From Octopus bimaculoides (lineage: Eukaryota), in NCBI RefSeq assembly GCF_001194135.2, contig NC_068987.1, positions 45,881,378-45,945,377 on the forward strand: 64,000 bases of DNA. Reading direction: 5' to 3'. This document shows positions 26,490 to 39,535 of this stretch, in pieces (position 1 is the first letter of the stretch; every line of letters begins with the position of its first letter). A program made the position numbers and the translations under genes. The notes beneath the pieces are model-generated. The model did not search any database. It was not told the origin of the DNA and worked only from the letters and a program-made list of their open reading frames with translations.

Positions 26490-27230
26490 CTAGAATTAAT
26501 TTACACAAAATAATATGATACTTTAGATGACAATTTATAGGAGTCTGATAGATGTTCAGTAACAGATGGCCAGGAAAATACTGTTTCCTGTGAGATAAGG
26601 TACCAACATTTCTGAGTATTTGCTTGCAATTTAGACCAATATGTAGTTTTCCATTTAAGATTCTTCTCGATGACGATTCCCAGAAAATTTAGATAATCAA
26701 CATATACTGTACATTTCCCAGAATTCAATTCTGTAGCTAGAATTTGACAGTAACAACTAAACATATTCTGTTCTGTCACCATCAAATTCAAGCTGAATTT
26801 GGAAATGCGTTTCTGATAAAAGAAAACGTTTCTGAGATGTTGATCAAAAGTTTATTTTTGCATTAACCAACTTATATAATCAAAAGTTCATTTTATTTTG
26901 CTCTACTTGGGCTTGAAGACATAGCAGAGACAATGAATGAGTTTTATGCAAATAAAATAACATCAGATAATTTTGAGGCTGTAGATATGTCATACATATA
27001 AGTAATAAATTAAAAGGGGCATGTCAGAGTGGAGCCTTGGGGAATACTCAGTAGAGAGAAGTAGATGAGTTGACAGTTTTCTGTTGTGTTCAACAAACTG
27101 GAACTGATTAGTAAGGTAACTATGAAACATTTGATGTATTTCCTTTCTAATTCCATGATTTAATTTAGGGAGCTTGAATTCTGGGTTCCTGAATTTCAAA
27201 AGTCATTGAAAGTACAAGAATATTCTAACT
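26490..27230 (-). pseudogene. CR1-group (L2/Crack/Daphne-like) LINE RT relic
   Basis: Reads KLNHGIRKEI..FHSYLTNQFQFVE, IPQGST, YDISTASKLSDVILFA*N (decayed FADD) and YVDYLNFLGIVIEKNLKWKT, followed by a typical C-terminus. Confidence 0.8.
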
Positions 27231-27248
27231 GGTATCTTTTCTTAATAG

Positions 27249-27282
<34 letters not shown>

Positions 27283-27551
27283 AGTTTAACGTCTGCTTTC
27301 CATGCTGGTATGGGTTGGATGGTTTGACTGAGGACTGATGAACCAGAGGCTGCACCAAGCTCAATCTGATCTGGCAAAGTTTCTACAACTGGATGCTCTT
27401 CCTAACACCATCCACTTCGAGAGTGTAGTGGGTACATTTTATGTGCCACTGGCACAAGGGCCAGTCAGGTGGTTCTGACAATGACCATGTTCAAAAGGTG
27501 TTTTTACGTGCTACCTGCATGGGAGCCAGTCCGGCGGCACTGGCAACGACC
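27249..27551 (-). mobile_element. RTE 3' UTR fragment
   Basis: (CAT)n tail followed by sequence co-linear with 9345-9610. Confidence 0.85.
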
Positions 27552-28589
27552 ATGTATATATACATACATGCAGTAATATATTTATATATTTTTAATACGT
27601 ACATTATATACATAATATATATAATACATATATTAAATATATATAAACACTCACAATAAAAGCAGCCAATATGCAAGAAACATCCTTTAAATATTCTGGT
27701 TAGCTTGCACAATTGAGATTTCCTCTCATTGCCACAAGGCAATCTATACACTCAGCAGATGGAATGGCTCTGGATTCTTCATTCAGGCGTACTTTTGCAG
27801 TATTCTGTGCAAAGTTGATGTTGAAAAGATAATTATTCTTGAATGAAACCCTATTATCTAAAACTGTAATGTATTTGTTGTGATGGAGACACAGGAATTT
27901 GTAGATAGATAAAAATGAAGATTTTTAAAATAATTCAGCATGAAATTAACAATTGAAAATAATTCTGGTGCAAATTCAGAGAACACAGCCTGCCATCATT
28001 TTTAGATATAAATGTAGGAGGAAGGAACAACTCACTGAGTATACTGACACACACACACTTTAACAAATACTTATATACACAAGCGCAGTTAGAGTGTATG
28101 CCACCTGGAGTGACCCTTCCGTTTGCTGCCTCCAGACTCCACAAAAACCACATATTGCCTACAGCAGACCCAAAAGTACTGCCCCTTTAAAAGTGCCACC
28201 CAGGGTGGACCGCCCTAAAGTCCCCCCATGCTATGCTATGCTATTGAATGTGTATACATAAGGGTAGTCAGTGTCCTCATAGATATAAAATTTGTGTGAG
28301 GTAGAAATCGTCAGTGAAGGAGATTTCAAATCTTTATCAAGGAAAGAGACTTTAAATATATGATTCAATGAGCTAAACAACCATAAGTCAATAGTTAATA
28401 CTTGAAAATTATAGACAACTAAGGTATAGAATACAAAATGGAAATAACTCCCACAGATACAAAGGATGCAATAAACTACATAAACTGCATATATAATGCA
28501 CATGAACCAAATGCATCCTAGTTATGAGAAGGCTAGATGGACATGTGTTCTGATAAAACTGAACACAAGATTTATTAAACCACTACTAA

Positions 28590-28700
28590 GTATATAATAC
28601 ATTATAATATAATATAATATAATATAATATAATACATTATAATATAATATAATATAATATAATATAATACATTATAATATAATATAATATAATATAATAG
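28590..28700 (+). repeat. (TATAA)n pentamer tract with periodic TACAT interruptions
   Basis: Direct reading of the sequence. Confidence 0.9.
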
Positions 28701-29720
28701 TTACTAGAACACCAGAATTAAGGACATCCTCATCAACATAAAACCACAAACTTGTAAACCACTGAACACACACTTCAGACAACCAATGTAATACACAGAT
28801 TTTAAATATAAATGTTAGAACTGTAAATTTAATGACTTAAAACTGTTACATCAGTCAACAGCTAGCATAGAGCCACTGTATTTTATACTGTAGCCTCACT
28901 CAATTGAACGGGGTCTTAGTTTTGCAGATTGCATAGCAAACACTTATACATTCAAGATAAACCTTGACACATCATCTCCACTATTTTATCTCACTTTCCA
29001 ACTCCACCACAACTACTCCCACCCTATCTTCTAAATTGTGTGTAGCCATATAGCTTCTCTGCAGTAAGAAACCTGTTCTGTTCTATCCTCTCTTCTCACA
29101 TTTTAACCCATTAATTTCTAGCATAAAAATGTCACTTTTGAGGCTCGTAGTCTTGCAAGTTGCATATTAATCTTATAGTGTTGTTGCAATGAAAAAAGCA
29201 CACTGTAAAGTGGTTGCATTAAGAAAAGCATCCAGGAATAGAAACCACACCTAAACAGATACTGCAGCATGATGTACTCCTTGGACCAATTGAATCCTGT
29301 CAAGCCATCCAACCCATGCCAGTTCCAAAGATGGAATTTAATTGAAGATGTTAATGATGATGAGTTCCTTAATCATTATGTGCAGCTGGTAATCATTTCA
29401 TTGATGGCATGAGACTTATGAAAGACAAAGCAAAAACATGCTATAAAGAATTTAATTTTAACTCTCAACCATTTGTAGAGATTCCACTGACTTTATTGTT
29501 GCAAGTATTTTAATGTCATATTGAATTCAATGGCCATAGGGAAGTCATGAAGATCTGTTGGTAATAATCACATCTTCTCTGAAAGCAGCAGAGCAAACAA
29601 TCATTCAATGATTGTGATGAGCCATGCAGAAATAAAAGACATTTAATGATTGGTATAATTTTCGCTTGTGTATAAAATGTAGATATACCTATGTATGTGT
29701 ATGTATGATTATATATATAC

Positions 29721-29761
<41 letters not shown>

Positions 29762-29949
29762 CATACATCCAAACACACACACATACATGCATATATACAC
29801 TTATACATACACAAATATAATACAAGCATATACATATGCATACATATGTACATTCATATATGCAAAATGATATACACACCTACACACACACACACATATA
29901 TGCATACACACATATACACATATTATGTTCAAAGTTGTACTAAGTGATG

Positions 29950-30735
29950 CGTATGTCAAGAAGGCAGAGAATGCAGAGAGCTGTAACTGGGAGTTTCTCC
30001 GAGATAAGCTGCTGCAATCCACATACCAAATTTCTAGATGGAGCAAGATTCTAACTAGGTGGAAGGTGAAATTGTCGCGGAATGGTAAGATAGAACCATG
30101 AAAGCTAAGAGACAGGACTGGATAGAGTTAAAGTAAAAGGAGAGAAAATGACAGCCTCAGGTAATAAAAAGAGAAGCTAAATTTTAGATATATTTAGCAA
30201 AGAGGGAATGAGATATTAAGAAGTTTTTGAATGTTCTATGATGTAGAGATCAGAGGCCTGTGGTCATTATGAATCAGGATAACATTAGTGAAAAGTGTAC
30301 AGAATAATAGTGATACACTCACCCTCATTGATGTCTACTGAGGAGAATGCATAGAAGAAAGAGGAACTACTGGAATTGAATTTGACGAAGGCAGTAACTA
30401 TTGGAACTGATTGTTATATGGTCAAATGAGCTACAAAGTTATAAAGGTAGGAAAAACAGCCTAACTATCAAAGATAGTTGCTGACTTGTTGAGAGTAATC
30501 TAGCAAAGTAGGTCATGTGATAGTCACTAGCATATTCAATCAGATAGTAGAAGATGATGTTATCCCGAAATGACTGGTATATCTGATTCAGGGTCATAGA
30601 TAAAGAAGATGCTTTAGAAAGAAATAACTACAGAGATATCAAATTGATGGACTGAGATATGTAAGTTACAGAAATAATTCCAACACAACTAATTAAGAAA
30701 ATCAGCTTAAATGAGATGAAGTCTGGGTTCCTTTT
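29950..30735 (+). pseudogene. Old decayed RTE ORF2 relic (linker to RT N-terminus)
   Basis: Broken frames match the 9.3-12.2 kb element: NWEFLRDKLLQSTYQISRWSK vs NWRFLQDNLLRATDQICGWCK, and DALERNNYRDIKLMD vs DALDTNNYRGIKLLD. Confidence 0.75.
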
Positions 30736-32121
30736 AGAGAACTACAAAAGAAACTGTCATCCAAGTGCAAACCGCTATTCCAGGAGGTTTTTGACTGAGT
30801 TCCACACTCATTTAAAATTGCTGGTTGTTAAGACAACTAAGTGTGCGTACAAGTAGTATTGCTATTTACAAGAGTGCTGACAGCAAATGAGAGCAACAAA
30901 TGCAACCAGTAATTTAACATTAGAATTAGATGTCTATTTGGTTTTGGTTCTCAGCCCCTACTCTTACAGTCCTCTAAGATATAGCAGAGATGTTCAAGAC
31001 TGGTTGTCATTAGGAACTATTAAATTCTTATGAGCGAGTTCTCAGTGTATCAGTTATAGGATTAGAATAAAAGTTCCAGACAAAGAAACAGAACCGAAGA
31101 TTTAAGACATTTAAAAGAAAATCTACCACCAAAGAAAAAAGTGTTGGCAAGAAAGAATACAAATTTCTGCTAAGAAATGGCAATGCACAGTCACCAGAAA
31201 AGATGTAGGTCAGAATTCCATATGCTGTACTTAATGTAAACTGAATGAACACACACGAATAGAAGTATATGAATGTGTTTATGTATACATACATCATACA
31301 CTATGCACCACTCAAATCTCATATCCTTTTACAAGAAGATTAACATAACCACACACTTTTCAAAGGTAATTATTTTCAATCTATCAAAACCCATGTTCAT
31401 TTCCAAATATTTTTTGAATATTCATCCACTCTTCTAAGATGCGAGTAGTTATGTAGTTCCTCAACAGTAAAAAATATTTTTGCTCTGGCCCTCTTCTCTC
31501 ATCTCCTAAAGAAAAAACCCATCTCTCTCAGGGTTTATAGTCTTGCAAACTGCAAGGCATCCTTTGGTGGTACTAGTGCTTGTGCCACTAGAAGAAAAAA
31601 AAGCCTCCAGTTCATGCTGCAAAGTGATTGGTGTTAGGGAAGGCCTCTAGCTGAGGAAACCATACCAAAACAGACAATGGAGCACTATGAAGTCCTTGGA
31701 TCCATTGGATTCTGTCAAACCAACCCATGTCATTATGAAACATGGATATTAAATGATGGTGATGCCAATGATGATGATCACCAAGTTCTACATCTATTCA
31801 CTATAGTCTGATGTGCCAAACTTGAAAAACAATAAGTTGTGCTTAGAAAGACCCAGTTACAACTAGGTTTATATCAGACTATCCTTCACATTGAGGTAAT
31901 TTTTCACAAACATTTCCTCACTCTTCATAATGTATGTATGTATGTATGTATGTNNNNNNNNNNNNNNNNNNNNNNNNNNNNNNNNNNNNNNNNNNNNNNN
32001 NNNNNNNNNNNNNNNNNNNNNNNNNNNNNNNNNNNNNNNNNNNNNNNNNNNNNNNNNNNNNNNNNNNNNNNNNNNNNNNNNNNNNNNNNNNNNNNNNNNN
32101 NNNNNNNNNNNNNNNNNNNNN

Positions 32122-32136
<15 letters not shown>

Positions 32137-32156
<20 letters not shown>

Positions 32157-32860
32157 GGAGAATTCACAAAAAAACAACAGATGAAGACAGGTGGTGTAGA
32201 AAACAAATAGATGTATTAGTATAACGCTCGGGAATTGAAAAAGCCTTTAACGTTTCGAGCATGCGCTCTTCCAGAGAAAGAAACAAAGAGAGAAACAAGG
32301 AGAGAAAAAAAATGTGTGTAGTGGTCAGCAATCTATCATGGTGAATGCCAGACAGAAGAGTCACATAGGAGAGTTAAGAAGAAGGGGAGATAAGAAAGTA
32401 GTAGTGATCCCAAAACGAAGGTGCGTGTGTGTAAGAGAATGCTGGTGATCTTAACGTATGCATGTGTGTATGTAGGTGTGAAAATGTGGGGATGGCAATT
32501 GGTCAGTGCTGGTGCGTGCGTGGTGGTGTGTTGTGATGTAATGTGTTGTGTGGTATGGTGTAGCGTGGTGGTGTGTTGTGACGTGTTGTGTGGTACGGTG
32601 TAGCGAGGTATGGTGTAGCGTGGTGTGGTGTGATGGTGTTGGGTGTATGTATGTATACATATATATATGCATGTATATAAGTATGTTTATACCTTATCAC
32701 AACTGCCCAATGAATGGGAATGTGAAACACTGAGTAGCAGTTTTATGTGATATTTTTGTGATGTTTTTGTAGCTTTTAATAATAAAGCATATTACTCTAC
32801 CTCCGGTATTCAAGTACTATTTTTTCCTACCTTGTTTCACATTTATGTGCTTACTCAGGT
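32137..32860. mobile_element. Penelope/retrozyme-like non-autonomous composite with two divergent hammerhead-like motifs
   Basis: Hammerhead-like motifs at 32245-32280 (-) and 32701-32742 (+), each followed by a pyrimidine-rich tail. The middle is degenerate GTG/GTGTG repeat. Confidence 0.5.
32701..32742 (+). ncRNA. Degenerate minimal type-I hammerhead ribozyme motif (probably inactive)
   Basis: AACTGC-CCAATGA-ATG(GGAA)TGT-GAAA-CAC(T)GAG-T-A-GCAGTT: 6-bp stem I, core with two changes from CUGANGA, and GAAA and UA site intact. Confidence 0.6.
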
Positions 32861-33461
32861 ATGTATGTATATATGTATATGAACGTATATGTATATGTAT
32901 GTATGTATACATATATGTATGTAAATATGATGTGGGGATCCAAGTGTAGGAGGTTTGTAAGCTTCAAGCAACAGGCAGCTAGTACAAAGAACAAAAATGG
33001 ACAGTTTGTGATAAGATAAAATAACACTTTACTGGCATCATAAGTTACACACTTTTTCCCATATTGAAGTTACAAAGGATTTCAATCAGCTGAAAGTTTC
33101 TATACAGTTCACTTTAGCAACTAATGCTGTGAAAAATGTGAATAAAATCCAAAATTTAAAGGAGTGAAATAGGTAAAATGTAAGCTACATATATTTTGTA
33201 ACTAGCTAAAGTTTGGCAATGGTTTAGCTGGTTGAAACTTCAAAGTCACTATCAACAACATTCTTGGAAAAGAATGATAAATTTGTACTCTACAAAAGTA
33301 TAGAGTAAGCCATCAGATTAAAGTAAAATTGTTTTTATTATAACTAAACATAAAACATTAATATATATTCTGTAAATAATAATAATTATAAACTTTAAGC
33401 TTATAAGCATTCACTATGTATTGACTAAAGAAACACACACACACACACATGTATGTATATT

Positions 33462-33894
33462 CTTTTCTACTCTAGGCACAAGGCCCGAAATTTTTGGGGG
33501 AGGGGGGCCCGTCGATTAGATCAACCCCAGTATGCAACTGGTACTTAATTTATCGACCCTGAAAGAATGAAGGGCAAAGTCGACCTCAGCAGAATTTAAA
33601 CTCAGAACATAACGACCGACGAAATGACGCTAAGAATTTCGTCCAGCGTGCTAACGTTTCTTATTTCTTTATTGCCCACAAGGGGCCAAACATAGAGGGG
33701 ACAAAGAAGGACAGACAAAGGGAGTAAGTCAATTACATCGACCCCAGTGCATAACTGGTACTTAATTTATCGACTCCGGAAGGATGAAAGGCAAAGTTAA
33801 CCTTGGCAGAATTTGAACTCAGAATGTAGCGGCAGATGAAATATGGCTAAGCATTTCGCCCAGTGTGCTAACGTTTCTGCCAGCTCACCGCCTT
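33462..33894 (-). mobile_element. Dimeric SINE family A flanked by a 16-bp TSD
   Basis: Two tandem tRNA-headed units (GGCGGTGAGCTGGCAGAAACGTTAG...GAGTTCAAATTC). TSD CACATGTATGTATATT at 33446-33461 and 33895-33910. Confidence 0.88.
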
Positions 33895-34782
33895 CACATG
33901 TATGTATATTGGAGTGAAGCAAATATCATCCTAGGAGTGCTGCACAAGAATGTCAGATGCATTTCTTCTTTGGCCTTGTCAATGACATATACCTGGTTGT
34001 CATGTGCCTAGATATAAAGTTTGTCCCCTCTGTTTTACGGAGAACAGTCAATAATACATTCAATGATATTGTAGAAAGCTTGCCAAGTTCAAGACAGCTC
34101 AGTATAAACAGTTGTAACATTAGTTAAAATAGCTATTTGTGTATAATACTTAAGGTGTATGTGTGTGTGTACGTTATATATATATCTGGCTGTCTGTCTA
34201 ATGTGCAGTATATATGTGTGTGTGTGTGGGTGTGTGCGTGTGTGCGTGTGTGTGAATGAGTGTGCATTATTCATATATACACAAAAGCTGTCATCATCAT
34301 TATCATAGTTTTGTTTTTCCTTTTTTAACACCTAGTGTTTTCCCTGATAGCACAGGCCAGATCAGTTTACAATGCACACATACACATACACACATAAACG
34401 CGGACGTGCACACAGAGTTTGCAGGAGTTTTATCAATATAATTAACAGGATTTCATTAGCCAATATCATTGTATTTTCCTCAGTACAAAGTCCTAAGTTT
34501 CTGGCTGTATAAGCAGTGATAGGTTCAATTTTTTCTCTCTACGTAATTATTGACTCTACATATGTGAACAAGTGAACATATGTGTGAATGTACGTGTGTA
34601 TGTCTCTGTGTGTGCATGCATGGAAGTATACGTTTGTAATCTGCATTTGTGTATGCCAGAGTGTGTGCGGGGGCACTGCAGCTGTGTGTGTGTGTGTGTG
34701 TGTGTGTGTAGGCAATGCAGCTGTGTGTGTGTGTGTGTAATGGAGATGACTATTGCAAAGTTGGTAAGCAGAAAGTAGTGCA

Positions 34783-34796
34783 GTTACCACGGTAAC
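34783..34796. promoter_or_regulatory. RFX X-box-like palindrome GTTACCACGGTAAC
   Basis: Matches the GTNRCC-N(0-3)-RGYAAC consensus and sits in a unique, repeat-free stretch. Confidence 0.45.
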
Positions 34797-34960
34797 CTGA
34801 TGCACAACAAATGTTGTTAATTACACCCATTATCCAAGGCAGCTTAAATTTAACCTTAATGTAATTCCAAATAGTGCTGCAGACACCCTATTCTACAAAC
34901 TGTTACTAACACTGCACCAGTCAACTAGTACTGCAGTGAAAGTAAACTGCGATTAACAGC

Positions 34961-35001
34961 ATGGCTGCTGGTGTTTGTACCAACATAGATCTTATCAAAA
35001 T
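34961..35001 (+). CDS. Candidate first coding exon (MAAGVCTNIDLIK.., phase 2) of an unidentified gene
   Basis: AGC-ATG-G start context and AT|GTAAGA donor, 165 bp downstream of the X-box. No homology recognised. Confidence 0.25.
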
Positions 35002-35803
35002 GTAAGAGGGTAAAGAAGCAAATCTGATTTAAAACAAACAAAAATAGGTTTTACTAGCAATACACAAACTACATGTATTTAGTTACTGAAGGCTATAACA
35101 GAATTAGTACTAGTTCTGCCACTATAGTGTGTGTGTGTATATATACACATGCACACATATATAGGTAGAGGCATAACTATGTGATTAAGAAGTTCACTAT
35201 TAACCACATGGTTTCACATTCAATCACACTGTGTGGCACCTTGAGCAAGTGTTTTTTTATGGTATAGTCTTTGACCAAATTCTTGTGAGTTTGGCAAATG
35301 GAAACTAAAGAGTGTCTGTTATTATATATATATACATACATACATACATATATATATATATAAATCTGGTCACATATTTTTCTCTCTGCTTTTTCTTCTC
35401 TCCCTCTCCTTTTTTTTCCTCTCATCCCTTTTGGTCAAAGAGTATAAACTCGAAACATCAAAGACTTTCCTATTCTTCCCAAGCTTCAAAGTAATATGCC
35501 TGCTTGTTGTTCCCTCACCTTCTTTGTGTTTTTTTTTCTTCTGTATATATCTACTATGTATGTGGAAGATCAGTGTGTGTTGTCAAGTGGGGGTGAGGAG
35601 GCACAAACATGGACACAAAAACACACGCACATACATACGTATACAATGGGCTTCCACACTGTTTTCATGTTGACCAAAGTCATTCACAAGGCATTGGTCA
35701 TTCTGGTTTATAGCAGAAGCCACATACCCAAAGTGCTTTACAGTGGGCACTGAACCTGAAACCATGTGATCACAATGTGAGCTTCTTAACTACATAGCCA
35801 TAT

Positions 35804-35866
<63 letters not shown>

Positions 35867-37149
35867 TCATCATCATGATCATCATGATCATCATCAATAT
35901 TTAACATCTGTTTTCCATGCTGGCATGGTTTGAACAGCTTGACAGGAACTGGCAAGGCCAGGGTTTCACAGTCTGCTTTGGCTTGGTTTCTATGGTTAGA
36001 TGCCCTTCCAAATGCCAACCACTCCACAGAGTGTACTGGATACTTTTTATGTGACCCCAGCACCAGAGTTTTTTTTTATGTAGCACCAACACCCACACCA
36101 ATGCTTTTTATGTTGCACGAAAGAGGAGTATTCAAATCATGTAAAGAATATAGTCTTTTATTGAAACTGAAATTTTGTCTCTTGACTCAAGTTTCACACT
36201 ACATTGATTTTCAAGTGAGATATATTGAACTAACAGGGGATTCGAACACAGAACCAAGAAATTACCAAACTAATCACAGTGACATCTGTATTGTTTTACT
36301 GCATCAACTACCTTCAGGTGTCTAAATATTGCCAGTATATTGAGTGTATCATTTACTAGGCTGTGATAAAACACATCATTAATAGTAACCCTACACTTGG
36401 TCTGTTCAGTGACAAATAGGAGATTTAAGCAGAACTTCTATTTGTACAAGAATATATTATTACTGTGATTGACAATTAATGGGGATTACTTTCAGGAAAT
36501 AGAGTTTGGCAGTTAAACAGTGCCATAAAATCAAATGCCTCTGTTTTGGTTGATAACAGAGGAGTGGGAGTGAACAGCTCCTCCTCCTCCTCCTCCTCCT
36601 CTCTCTCTCTCTCTCGTATACACACAAATGCATACACACATCTGTACATCAGCATTAAAGCAGGTATACAAAAGTAAAAAACAGTTTGCCAGAGAGAGAT
36701 GCATACACACACACACACACATACACACACACACACACATATAGTGGTGATGAACAACTAATCTGGAACTGTAGTAATTCTCAAGAAAGAAGGAACACAC
36801 GCATGCACACATAAGCACACAAATATGTTTCTAGAGTAAATATATAACAGTTACAAATTTCCACCTAAATACACACACAAACAAATGTATAGACCTAAAT
36901 ACATTCCAAGATAATTATATGTATGCAAACATAAACATAAAACCATAGATATATCTACATAGAGGCAAATATCCATACTGAAATTATACATTTAGAGACA
37001 CACACATGCATATTCATAAACACACACACACACACACATATATAAATATGCACACACATATACATAAACACACACACACAGAGCCAAGATGATCAACAGC
37101 TAAATATATTCAGACTCATGCAGAGATCATAGCAGATGAGCTTTCAAGT

Positions 37150-37700
37150 TGAGTTAGACAGCAATTGCTGTCACTTATAACTACAGCACTAATGATACCA
37201 CTCACTGCTTCTTTTTAGCCTTTAGCACATAGGTGTCCTCCGCATGGAAACCCAGGCACCTCACACCAGACATGGATCTACACTGCTTCCATGAACAGAA
37301 ACCGCAAAACAAAAGAAAATCTTTCTATGGAAACATGGCATTTTTGTTTCCTTTCACAGCCAAAATACACAATACAACACAGTTACTGTGAATGCCAGAA
37401 ACCCAGTGTCAGACAATTTCTTATGTCAATGTCACATACATAACATTGCTAAACTCTACAGCCTGAAGACTAGGCCATCTCTCTTGAGTACAAGAAAATA
37501 CTTCAGCTCTGATCAGTTACTGATCCTCTACAAACTTAAATGTAATCCACACTGGTGTGTATTATTATATATCTGGAATGGCACTGCTACTACTATTACA
37601 CTCTTGAATAACTTAGACCAAAGCCATTGGATTATTTTCCCTCAAATAACAAGCTGCATACTGCTTCCATTTAAGTCCACTTCATGTACACATCTCTCCT
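37150..37700 (+). pseudogene. CR1/Jockey-type LINE C-terminal relic
   Basis: HIHNIAK...STRKYFSSDQLLILYK...YIWNG matches the HIxNIAKxA...RKYFSxEQLLxLYK...HIWGG pattern. Confidence 0.65.
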
Positions 37701-38086
37701 CCTCTCTCGTCACCAAAGCAGTTGAAACAGGTTGGTGGGAATCATTATTATCATCATCATTGTCATCATCATCATTATCATCATCATCATTGCCATTTAA
37801 TGTCCACTTTTCCAAGCTTGCATGGGAAAGTGAAAAACAAAATTTGCTGAAATAGATTTCTATGGCTAGATGTCCTTCCTATCACCAACCCCTCATTTGT
37901 TTCCAAACAGAGCAATATTTCCCCTTGGCCAGACATGTTTATCTCAGGAGACTGGAAACAAATTGCACCAGTTGTGTAATAGTGACATTCCTATAGAACC
38001 ATCACAAGACAAGGAGACAGAAACATATATGTACACATCCACACAAACTCACACACATATATACTCACTTACACAAACTCCCCCCC

Positions 38087-38121
<35 letters not shown>

Positions 38122-38241
38122 CCATGCACACACACATATATATACATATACATATGACTGGTATCTTCCAGTTTCCATCCTACTAAATCCACTCACAAGG
38201 TATCTCTACAAGATACTCTAAGGTACTTCTACAAAGCAGTG

Positions 38242-38465
38242 TGGAGGCATGTGGCTTAGTGGTTAGGGGTGTTGGACTCATGATCATAAGATTGTGGCTT
38301 CAATTCCTGGATCAGGCAACATGCTGTGTTCTTGAGCAAAACACTTTATTTCATGTTGTTGCAGTCTATTCAGCTGCCAAAATTGAGTCATGCTGTGATG
38401 GACTGGTGTCTCATCCAGCAGAGAATATATATGCCAGAGAAACAGGGAAACTGGCCCTATAAGTC
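38242..38465 (+). mobile_element. Older tRNA/CORE SINE with a different 3' body
   Basis: Same head and CORE segment as 6549, then TGTGATGGACTGGTGTCTCATCCAG and a different tail. Confidence 0.7.
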
Positions 38466-38675
38466 TATAGGACTTCTACCTATTTTGTCCTACCAAGCAA
38501 TATGATTGTAGTTGGGAAGCAAGCTTCTTAACCAACCAATCATCCATCTTTAACAATAATGCTTCGACAATATGCAGCTGTCTAACCCATGCTAGTGTGG
38601 AAAAAAATGGACACAAAAACAAACATACAGAACCCTTGTCGTTTCTCCAAATCACCTCCAAATCGTATCATCTTT

Positions 38676-39072
38676 TAATCTTTTATTTGTTTCAGTCATT
38701 AAACTGTAGCCATGCTGGGGCACTTCCTTGATGGATTTTTGTCAAACTAATCAACCCCAGGACTTATTTCCTTTTTAAGCTTGGTATTTATTCTATCAGT
38801 CTCTTTTACCAAACCAGTAAGATATGGGGATGTAAACAGACCAACACCAGTTGTCAGTCAGTGCCAGGGGACAAACACAGACACAAAGACATGTGCGCGC
38901 ACACACACACACACACACAACAGGCTTCTTTCTATTTCTGTCTTCAAAATCCATTCACAAGGCTTTGCTTGGACTGAGGCTATAGAAGAAGGCACTTGCC
39001 CAAGGTGCCATGCAGTGGGACTAAACCCAGAAATATATGGTTGGAAAGCAAGCTTCTTACCACACAGCCATG
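38676..39072 (-). mobile_element. SINE family B
   Basis: Co-linear with the other copies. Confidence 0.82.
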
Positions 39073-39535
39073 TCTCCACCTGTATATTAAACATGTATCC
39101 AATATTTACTCCCTAAAGATGCAGCTTTCTGTAATGTGTCTTTCTCTGTTCATGTTTTCCCTACCAACCTCAGTACTGACCATTAGATGTTTATATATCT
39201 TCAAGGATTACAGGAACAGACCTATTTCTTTTAGTTAGCTCTTTTGTTACAATATTTCTATTGAAATACATTCCACTTTTTACAATTAATTTCAAAAATA
39301 TAGACATATTTAGTAACATAACTATCAACTAGTGCAAGGCAGTGAACTGGAACAATAGCTAGAGCATCAGAAAAAATTGCTTTGCAGTGTTGGTTCTGGC
39401 TTATGTTCTGAGTTCAAATCACATGAAGGTCACTTTTGCCTTTTATCCCCCCAGTGCTGATAAAAAATAAAGTATTAATCAAATACTGGGTGTGATGATA
39501 TCAACCACTCCTCTCTCCTAAATTACTGGCCTTAT

